A DNA stretch of 64,000 nucleotides, from assembly GCA_051362555.1 (NCBI GenBank), contig CM120643.1, positions 24,060,848 to 24,124,847 of the forward strand, written 5' to 3'. Below are positions 26,973 through 38,662 of this stretch, one piece after another. Below the pieces are notes generated by a model, which was not told where the DNA came from, did no database searches, and saw only the letters and a program-made list of their open reading frames with translations. The DNA comes from Lingula anatina. Its lineage: Eukaryota > Animalia > Brachiopoda. Every line of letters starts with the position of its first letter. Position 1 is the stretch's first letter. The position numbers and the translations under genes were made by a program.

Positions 26973-29900
26973 CTAAAAAGGAACAACGGAATATAATATC
27001 ATGAATTTAATAACTTAATAGTCTCTTTGTACTTAAAAAAGAACAACATGTCCTGTATAACATATATACATGTATTAAATGTTTTGGGCGTAGCACAATC
27101 ACACGGCTCAACAAAAAACAATTATACCGAGCTGAATAGCGTAATTATATTTTTGGCTCAAGATATTTCTTTTTTGTTTTTAATTTTCTGACAACGCTGA
27201 TCGTGTGACGTGTGGCATTGATACTTCAAACTCAGTGGATGTTTGAGTGTTTGTGCTTGCCTAGGTGCATGCTTTCCAGTCCATACATGTAACTATACCT
27301 GCATGCATATGCTTTGAAATTTACACAAGCTTGCGTCACAAGCAAATATAGATATATGTGTATGAGAAGTTAAATGGTAACCATGCTGGCAGAAAAAAAA
27401 CATTAAACAGAGCTGTCACGTCTGTCTGAATCTCAATTCAACTAGAGGATCAGAGAGGCGATACCGCCTCCGAATATTGTACCACCAGCTGGAGCAAGCG
27501 CATTCGTATAGACCCCCACATACACAAAATAAGGGACACAGCCACCAGTTTTGTGCTTGACAAGCTGTAAAAATGCAATCAACAAGAATTTTTAAACTAT
27601 TGCAAAAAATATATATGGTACAATCAAATTTAAGTTCTTCGTAAGGTAGGTCAAGGGTCAATTTCAAGGTCACAGTAAATTGCCAGTATATGACTTCCTA
27701 TTCAAGTTCAAGAGTAACTATGGACCTATCTCTGTCAAGTTTGAAGTTAAAAGAGAAAGAAATTAGCAGAGTTCAGTTCATGATAAAAAGTAGGTCAAAG
27801 GTCAATTTCAAGGTCACATTTAGATTGCCAGTATATGACTTTCTATTCAAGTTCAATAGTAACTATGGACCTATCTCTGCCAGTTTTGGAGATAAAAGGG
27901 AAGCAAAATTTGCAAAGTTCAGTTTATGGTGAAAAGTAGGACAAAGGTCAATTTTAATGTCACATTTATAATGCCAGTATATGACTTCCTATTCAAGTTC
28001 AATAGTAACTATGGACCTATCTCAGCCAGTTTTGGAGATAAAAGGAAAGCAAAATTTGCAAAATTCAGTTTATGGTGTAAAGTAGGTTAAAGGTCAATTT
28101 TAAGGTCACATTTGGATTGCCAGTATATGACTTCCTTTTCAAGTTCAATAGTAACTATGGACCTATCTCTGCCAGTTTTGGAGATAAAAGGAAAGCAAAA
28201 TTTGCAAAGTTCAGTTCATGGTGAAAAGTAGGTCAAAGGTCAATTTCAAGGTCACATTTAGATTGCCAGTATATGACTTCCTATTCAAGTTCAATAGTAA
28301 CTATGGACCTATCTCAGCCAGTTTTGGAGATAATAGGGAAGCAAAATTTGCAAAATTCAGTTCATGGTGAAAAGTAGGTTAAAGGTCAATTTCAAGGTCA
28401 CATTTAGATTGCCAGTATATGACTTCCTATTCAAGTTCAATAGTAACTATGGACCTATCTCTGCCAGTTTTGGAGATAAAAGGGAAGCAAAATTTGCAAA
28501 GTTCAGTTTATGGTGAAAAGTAGGTCAAAGGTCAATTTTGAGGTCACATTTAGATTGCCAGTATATGACTTCCTATTCAAGTTCAATAGTAACTACGGAC
28601 CTATCTCAGCCAGTTTTGGAGATAAAAGGAAAGCAAAATTTGCAAAATTCAGTTCATGGTGTAAAGTAGGTCAAAGGTCAATTTTAAGGTCACATTTAGA
28701 TTGCCAGTATATGACTTCCTATTCAAGTTCAATAGTAACTACGGACCTATCTCAGCCAGTTTTGGAGATAAAAGGAAAGCAAAATTTGCAAAATTCAGTT
28801 CATGGTGTAAAGTAGGTCAAAGGTCAATTTTAAGGTTACATTTTGATTGCCAGTATATGACTTCCTATTCAAGTTCAATAGTAACTATGGACCTATCTCT
28901 GCCAGTTTTGGAGATAAAAGGGAAGCAAATTTTGCAAAATTCAGTTTCTGGTGAAAAGTAGGTCAAAGGTCAATTTTAAGGTCACATTTAGATTGCCAGT
29001 ATATGACTTCCTATTCAAGTTCAATAGTAACTATGGACCTATATCTGCCAGTTTTGGAGATAAAAGGGAAGAAAAATTTGCAAAGTTCAGTTCATGGTGA
29101 AAAGTAGGTCAAAGGTCACTTTCAAGGTCATAGTAAGATTGCCAGTATATGACTTCCTATTCAACTTCAATAGTAACTATGGACCTATCTCTGCCAGTTT
29201 TGGAGATATAAGGGACTAAATGTTATAATTTTGGAGTTACCATAATGTGCCTTAAATTTCGTACAGAAAAAATTAATTAAAATAAAGAAAATGTCATTTT
29301 GGTCAAAATTCTTGAAATAGGAGGTGCTCTGATGTTTCAAAAGTTCAAATTTGATGAAATAATGTCATTTTTGAACACAAGTTGTCTGCTTTGCCAAGCC
29401 TTATGTTTTATTTTTCCAGAGTTCAAAATTTATTATCCATTACCGTACTGCACATTTTGCTTTTACCACCAATAAGTACTTTTTGATACAGCGTAACTCG
29501 AAAACCGTATGGAATACAAAAAAACCGAGACCACCTTCAGTGTTGGGCTTTACATGCTCTACAAAATGCAAAAAAGAATGGGTCTCTAGCATTAACGGTT
29601 CCCGAATTAGAGACAGTTTTCAGTTTCGGTATCTTATGGCCGCTACTCCCGTGAAAATGCACCGATTGACCCCAAATTCATGGAGATGAAAGATGACCTG
29701 AAGGGTAACACCTTCCAATAATATTATTGGTTAAGTCTGTGTGGTGTCTGAATAACAGGGCAAAAAAAAATTTTTTCGTAAAAAATTTCATTTTTTTGAA
29801 AATTTTGGCCCATTTGACCTTGAAGTAAAGGTCAAAGGTCAAATCCAAGGGTATATTTGAAATCTACACATATGACTTTTGGAAAGCCGTCTATAGAAAT

Positions 29901-32900
29901 TTTTCCCATAACTCCTTCCGTAGGGTAGATAATTAGCATTTAATTTTGCCATTTTTAGACAAGGGTGCATTGCAATGAGTGCCACACCCAGACCCCAATA
30001 CCGACAAAGCCCAAATTTTACGTGGAACGAGTTGAGATTATAGGTGACCTAAATCCATGAGATGGGTACGGGGGCCCTTACCGTCTAGGAGGAGAAGCGG
30101 TAACGGTAGCCGTCCGGCGGAGCCGGCGGAGCCAACGGAGCCGGCGGAACGATCCGGACGGGACCGAAACCATGTGTACCGCCAGCGCTAACGCTGGTGG
30201 TACAATAAACTGACAAATGTTCTCTATATAAAACACATACACTAGTAACTTACTCAAACATTTCCATGGCAAGCTTCTCTGCTGCTTCCTGTTGACTCTC
30301 AGCCTAAAAAATTCAAATAATTAAAACACTTATTATGTTCATAAAGTATCATGGGTAAATAGGTAATTTCAAAAACTGTTTTTGGCATTTAAAAAAACGC
30401 AATTCTTTGAAACTGTACCTCAAGTTCCTCCCTGAACCAATCATCCAGCTCCTTTCTTGGGCCATTGACATGCTTTTCCAGGTCTCTTCCACCAATGATA
30501 TGTGGAATCCCATTGGTCAATGGCTGGTTTACCTGAAAACAGCAACATCAACGTACAAAACATGCATAAATAACAAAGCTGAAATGGGAGGCCATAGACC
30601 TATATTCCGAACTTTGATAAAATAAAGAGAAAAAACAAAGGAAAAAGACTCAAGGCACTAGGTTATCACCCTCAAGTCCAGAAGCCTTTGCTAATTTTTT
30701 ACATAGAATGACAACTACCATCAATCTAGGTTCTAAATGATTACATATTATATATGCAAAAGTCCAAAGATTCTTGAAATGTTCCTTTTCATCTTTAACT
30801 CCTGTGAGTAATTAAATTAATAAATTAATGGCAGGTATAAAAACTAAAACAAATAAACAATCAAATTTCAGTGTCAGACATAATGAGCAGTATCTTACCT
30901 TTCTAAAATTCTTGAAATTCTTCACTTTTTTCCCATTCCACGTGGTCACTCCACTAGCTGACTGCTTGGACTGCTGTGGTCTTGTTTTTCTGACCACCAT
31001 GGAGGCAAACTGGACTTGGATTAAATTTCTTGGTAAATTATCCTCTCCTTCGCTTTGTCCATTGACTCCATTCTCTCCATTATGCACTATTAACTAGAAA
31101 TATTGGAAGTAAAATATTATAATACTAAAATGAAAGCTTTAGAGATGAGGAAACAAAATGCTGAAAATAAATCAAGGCATGAATATTAGAAATATGAATA
31201 CAGCCAAAATCACATCAGTTTTGTGAAATTGTGCTGTGGTACATTAATAGGTTACTCTGATGAGGCTAAAATAATATAAATTTAAATGTATATGAAGTGT
31301 CAAATAGGTATCATTTGACTTTAAAAAACTACAACTCACTGTGGAAGTTGCCTCTGTGTTCTTAGTGAGGAAGCCTGGTGGGGGATCCTTGTGTCCTGAT
31401 GTACTGCCATTACCATTAACCTGAAACATTTAAATAGCAGAACAGAACATTTAATTAGCAGAACAGAACTCGGGTTCTTAATGCACCATTCCTCTCAATG
31501 GCTAAGTAATTCATGACGAACCTATTAGTAATTTTTTCACTGACAAGGTTCCTTGTTTCAATAGGAAAAAATGGCTCAGTGGTCATATGGAGGACACTTA
31601 ACACAAAAACTCCCAAGAAAAAATTTTTTTATGATTTATATGATAAAAATAATTAGCTCTTAATGGTAAATAAGGTGTTTTTAATGGATAACTGAGAGCT
31701 GAAGGGGAATTTTAAAAAATACAGAAAATGTGCAGAGCCCCAGGCAGATGAGAGCCTGCCTGGGGCTAAAAGTCACAAATGCAAGTGTTTGAGAAAAAAT
31801 TATAAAGGAAAACAACAAAACTAGAAAAGCACTTTGAGAGTGCAGACCTCTGCCAAGGCAGCAATTGTTGATTATTATTGATAATTGATTGATTATTGAT
31901 CCGGACCACCACCAAAAATTAATCATTGTCCTCTTTGGCCCACTTCCGACAGTTCCTGAAAATTTCTGCAAAATCAGTCCATAACTTTTTGTGTTATGTG
32001 GATGACAGACAAACAGGGGTGAAAATATAACCTCCTTGGCAGAGCTTGAGGTAAATATAATTCCAATGAAGCTGCTATTCAAACTTTTAATCTTCCAGTT
32101 TGATATATATATATATATATATATCTGTCATTCTTTGCTAGTGGTTACAAAATGTTGAATTTGACCGAAAATTTCAAACTTTCTCTGGGAAGCTGTAATT
32201 TTGCGATGTGATAGCTACACCATCACAGTTTATCATTTCATAAAAAGGGAAACAGCAGCTGCCCTTTTTAGGGCACACAGGAGAGTTGAACAGCTATACC
32301 CACCAAATCCAAGACGCGTTACCCTGGGTAATATATTTTGCACAAACTAATGATAGTCTAATGGAATGTTTTCAGTTTTAGTTTAAATCATAAGGGGGTG
32401 TTGTCTCAATGCTTCAAAACTGGTTTTGAAGAATTTAATCCACATTTCATAATTAATAAAAATGGTGAATATGTGGGTCACGGTAACGTTATTGACGCGG
32501 GTACAAAAACTTTTTATAATCATGTAAATAATAACAATATTTTTGCTATTATCCATACACACTTCATTCATGAGGGGCACACCACTTTCACATGCTTTTA
32601 AAATGGAATTGACAAACACAGAGGAATAATGCACATATTTTATTTACTGTAACTCTGTCATATGGGACACACACTGAACAAAGTTGATCTAAAGAATGTT
32701 CCAGATTGTAGTTTTTTATCAGAACTATTATTTTTTTATTATTATTTTAACACAATAAAGTTCAGTTAAATACAAAATTTAACAAAATGAAGTTCAGTGT
32801 AACACAAAGTTCATAATTATAACATTCTTCCTGACACATGTAGACCAATGGTGATATCTGTTCTGTGCTCACTAAAGCCCCCTTTACACTGGATGGCGTC

Positions 32901-34479
32901 CTTTCTGCGTCCAGCAGTACGGCCCCATTTGAGAGTTAAAAAATTATAATACTTTACGTGCCGACAACTGGCCGATCATTGAGCATTCATTCTGATACAA
33001 AATCAATGCTCGTGCCTCCTTATTAAGACCACAGCAATGCCAAATTTCATGGTCGCAGAAAGGACGCAGAAAGGACGCCGTCCAGTGTCAAGGGGGTATA
33101 AGGCATCCACCCTTGGGATTCTGAAAAAAAATCACACAAAGAATCTGTTAACTCTGATAACGAACAATGGATAACCTAAGATCACAAATAGTTTATTGCT
33201 TATTCAAGCAAAGTACAGTGCATTATGAGTGGCAAACACGCATTACTGAGACACATTTTCTTCACCCATTTTCGGTGCTTCATTGCGTAACGTAAGTGTT
33301 GCTAGTAATCCATTATTGCTGTTTTTACAGACGGTTAAATTTTAAACGCACGGAATACAGTGTAGCAGCTTAATTTAAGACAAAACTAAAAAAAAGTAAT
33401 TCAATTTCGATGATTGAGTTTTCGAGAACAAGAGAACATGAATACGGTATCACCGCGTCACCATGTTCAATATGACCTTTAGTCCCCCATGTGAAACAGA
33501 CGCAAAACGAAAGTTCAGACGAAGTCACCCTACTTATAGAATGGTAAAAATCAATCGGTACACAAATATGTTGAAACAATTGAAGAAAAATGAAACGAAA
33601 CTCATTATTTCTCACCTTCATACAAAGAAGATCCCAATAAACAATCCTGTGACGGTTAAATCGAGGGAATTACACCTGTGCCCTGCATCCTATCTCGACA
33701 GCGTCATTGCGTGATATGTCATCAGAATGGGCCACCCGCCAGTTTGAGCTGGTTTTTTTAGTGTGCAAAAGAAGCCATTCGTGTGTAAGACGTCATCAGT
33801 TAGTGAGTATGGAAGAAGATCGCTATCGATGTATAATTTTCACGCGGCATTTTAAAGTCGTCTGATATAAATCGATCTCTGAAGTTTCAGCGTTGCGAAC
33901 GTTATATTGGGACGCGGTGAAGAAAAATCGACCTTGCTGAGCAATAAATGTGAAATTCTTAAGAAAACTGATATTATCATGGACTTCGTGACACAAACTA
34001 ACCGACATACTACTTTGGACGATTGAACAGTTTTAATACGGAAAGATAGGATTAGATGAAATTTTCATCGGGGTGGGACACCGCATGTATCGTAAGTTAA
34101 GCTAATTTTGTGATCATTTTTCAGTGACTTCAAATAAATTTTTATTTAAATAACAATTTGCACATTCTGTTTATTAAATCTTCTTGCAGTAGATGTATTC
34201 CCTGCTTCAATAATCCATTCAAACCCTAAACAAACTGTTCTTAAATAGAGGTAGGGTCAAAATTCCACAAAAAAGGACGCCATTTTGAGGGTTATTTCGA
34301 TATATTTTCTGCTTTTTCTATTTTTTTTGCTTTTATAACAACATCCTCCTTGCTCATGCAGCTTCTTTGATTTGTTATTGAAACATACACAACGATGTCA
34401 TGAGAATTTGGTTGGCTATCTAAATTTAAATAACATTCTTGTTATGGCCCCCCTCCAGTGCACCACTAGCAAAGAATGA

Positions 34480-34534
<55 letters not shown>

Positions 34535-37500
34535 CTTATTTGCAATATTAAACAAAATTTACCTGCATAATTATCACTGCTTCCTTATTATTAATCTAGC
34601 AGAGAGCTTTACCTTTGGGAGTTTACAGGGAAATATCAACAAGTGTGCTTTACGTAATCTCATTTAATGGCCTATTAAAGCAAATGACTTTATAACTCTG
34701 AAATTAATCTAGTGATACCCAAGGGTAATTTACAGACTGATCCACTCAAAGGTCTTCAGGCCCATAAGTCACACCTTAAGAAAAGCACAAAACCATAATG
34801 CCCAAAATAGGAGACTACCAATCCTGATGCAATAATACATTATGTTTAACTGCACAGTCAACATCAACTTATGCACAACAGGTAACACAGACGAAAGTAA
34901 AAGCATAAGGCTTCAGGCCCATCAGAATTCAAGTTTATACTTAGAAAGTGCCAGAATGAGAAAAATGAAAATTTCACAAAAAAATGCATAAATACAATAA
35001 ACATGATAATCCAATAGAGCTGGTTTTCTCATGAGCTGAAGGCCAATCCTAAAAATCGTACTTGTAAGTTTAAAATTATAATAAGTAGCACAGTTTTCTT
35101 TTCATAATGTTTGCAGTAGCAGTGCAAAAAGATTGTCAATTTTGATGTAACATTACATAATAAATTAGAGAATAATTATCACCAATTTTTGTTTATTGAC
35201 TATAAATAGGATGGACATGTAGAAAATATGATTACCATTTGGCTTCATGTCCATGGGAGCTCCGAGTCCCACAATGAATATGCCAAAAAAGATAATGAAT
35301 ATAACACTAAAATGTATAACTTCCAGAAAAAGAAGCCAATTAGACTGCTTTTCTAACTCAGGCTGCATTTTAGTCCTGTGTTTCTTTTTTGAAAGTTTGA
35401 CAGTCATAAGTAACACGGTTTTTCCATAATGGTCATCAAGGCAGCAGCACCAAAAATTGTGTTTTCTTCTATTTTGATGCAACATTACATAATGCTTAAC
35501 AGCATAATGACCATCGATTTTTAATAATAAAATATAAGTGTCATGGATTTTCACAAAATGTGACTAGTAGGGTCTTCAAGCCCATGGAGGTTCTAAGTCA
35601 CACCTTGAAAATGCCAATAAGTGAAAAATTAAATTTTCACAAAAAACTGTTTAATTGCCAGAAAAATTTACCAAACAGACTGCATTGCCTACTGGAGCTG
35701 TATTTTAGTCCCATGTTTCTTTCCTGTAAGTTTGAGAACAGTAAGTGACATGATTTTCCTTAAATGGTCATCATGGGAGCAGTGCCCAAAATAGGGGTTT
35801 CTTAAAATTTTCATGCAATATTACATAATGTTTTACAGCATAATGACCATCAATTTTTAATTATAAAATATTAGTATCATGGTTATTCAGAAAATGTGAC
35901 TAGCAAAAGCCTTCAGGCCCATGGAACTTCAAAGTCACATATTGAAAATGCCAAAATGTAAACAATACAGCACTGTTCTGAAATGGGTTTATTTCCATTT
36001 TTAACACTTTTTAAACATAAAACAAAATAAACAGTTTACTGCCATTTTTATATGACCAATGAAGAAAATTGATGAGATGGGAAAAGTATCAATAGAACAG
36101 TTTTAAATGTCCAACTTCCTCCATTCTGAGATTCTGAACATAGTGGATGAATGCATCTGACAAACTGCAATGATATGAGTTTATTTCCATTTTTGACACT
36201 TTATTACACAATACATGATAACAAGTTTACCATCATTTTTACAAAATCAACTAACAATGTTGTAAAGATGCAGGAAATGCCAAACAAACACATTTACGTA
36301 TCTTATTAGTTCAATAATGAGACTGTTAACATGCCTAAGAATTGAATGTGAGGAAATGTGAAAAAACAGCATTACCTTTTAAAATAATGGACTGATTATG
36401 CTGATTTTCAAACTCAACCTGCGTTTTAGTAAGATTGGCCCCTCCTGTGAGTATAATGACAATTGGCCAATCTGTTTTTCTTATATTGTGTTATCAGTGT
36501 TGCATATATACTGAAAAAAGTGAAAAAAAAAACAGCGTAAATTCCCTATAAGTGACCCGATCGTGCTGATTTTCGAACTTGACCTGCGTATTATGAATAT
36601 TTATCAGTTCTGTAAGTTTCAAGCCAAAGGGTAAAACAGCTCTTCATTTATTGTGTTATCAGTGTTGCAAAAATGCTGAAAAAAAGTGAAAAAATAGCCT
36701 AAATTCACTAAAAATGACCCAATCATGCTGATTTTCGAACTTGACCTGCGTATTATGAATATTCATCAGTTCTGTAGGTTTCAAGCCAAAAGGTCAAATG
36801 GTTTTCCATTTATGGTGTTATCGGTGCTGCATATATGCTGAAAAAAGTGAAAAAACAGCATAAATTCCCTATAAGTGACTCGATCATGCTGATTTTCGAA
36901 CTCGACCTGCGTATTATGAATATTCATCAGTTCTGTAAGTTTCAAGCCAAAAGGTACAATGGTTTTCCACTTATCGTGTTATCGGTGCTGCATCACCCTG
37001 AGCTTCAGAGATAACTTGACACTAACCTCTTCACTATAGCCTATCTTCATCGTGTCAAGTTACCTCTGACGAAAATAGTTTGACCTAGTTTATATAAGCC
37101 AATCGAATCCATGTTTCAAAATTTTTCACCAAAGTTTGGTGAAAACGCTGATTGGTTGACCGTCAATCGGCAATCCTCGGCTGATTCCGCAAGCTCCATA
37201 CTAACAACATAGTTATTGTCGAGTGCGGAGACATCCGAGTAGTTCCGAGTGCATAACCGTACACAAAGAAAGCATGGAGTATATCGGAATTGAAACCAGA
37301 GCAGTTTGATGCCCTGCATAATTATCTACTGAGGGATGATGTATTTTGCGTGCTGCCCACAGGTTACGGCAAGTCCCTGAAATTCAGCCTTATCTTTGAT
37401 TGGTCCGGATTTGAACAAAGCGCGCTTTGACTCGTTCGCGTTCATTGGCTAGATCGTTCAATGAGTCATTGAGTGCGGGCTTTAAATTTGATTGGCGGGC

Positions 37501-38631
37501 GGCGGAGGCAATCGAATGTGGTCAGAGGTAACTTGACACGATGAAGATAGGCTATAGTGAAGAGGTTAGTGTCAAGTTATCTCTGAAGCTCAGGGTGTGC
37601 TGCATATATGTTGAAAAAAGTGAAAAAACAGCATAAATTCCCTAAGAGTGACCCGATCATGCTGATTTTCGAACTTGACCTGAGTATTATGAATATTCAT
37701 CAGTTCTGCAAGTTTCAAATCAAAAGGCAAAATGGTTTTCCACTTATCGTGTTATCGGTAAAAGTGCACGGCGACGGCGATGGCGACGGCGACGACAGAC
37801 GCAGATGATGGCTATATGTACAGACACATCTGTGTCTGTACATAAAAACAGCATAAATTCCCTAAAAGTGACCCGATCATGCTGATTTTCGAACTTGACC
37901 TGCGTATTATGAATATTCATCAGTTCTGTAAGTTTCAAGTCAAAAGGTAAAATGGTTTTCCACTTATCGTGTTATCGGTGCTGCATACATGCTGAAAAAA
38001 GTGAAAAAACAGCATAAATTCCCCAAAAGTGACCCGATCATGCTGATTTTCGAACTTGACCTGCGTATTATGAATATTCATCAGTTCTGTAAGTTTCAAG
38101 TCAAAAGGTAAAATGGTTTTCCACTTATCGTGTTATCGGTGCTGCATACATGCTGAAAAAAGTGAAAAAACAGCATAAATTCCCTAAAAGTGACCCGATC
38201 ATGCTGATTTTCGAACTTGACCTGCGTATTATGAATATTCATCAGTTCTGTAAGTTTCAAGTCAAAAGGTAAAATGGTTTTCCACTTATCGTGTTATCGG
38301 TGCTGCATACATGCTGAAAAAAGTGAAAAAACAGCATAAATTCCCTAAAAGTGACCCGATCATGCTGATTTTCGAACTTGACCTGCGTATTATGAATATT
38401 CATCAGTTCTGTAAGTTTCAAGTCAAAAGGTAAAATGGTTTTCCACTTATCGTGTTATCGTCGCTGCATATATGCTGAAAAAAGTGAAAAAACAGCATAA
38501 ATTCCCTAAAAGTGACCCGATCATGCTGATTTTCGAACTTGACTTGCGTATTATGAATATTCATCAGTTCTGCAAGTTTCAAGTCAAAAGGTAAAATGGT
38601 TTTCCACTTATCGTGTTATCGGTAAAAGTGC

Positions 38632-38662
<31 letters not shown>

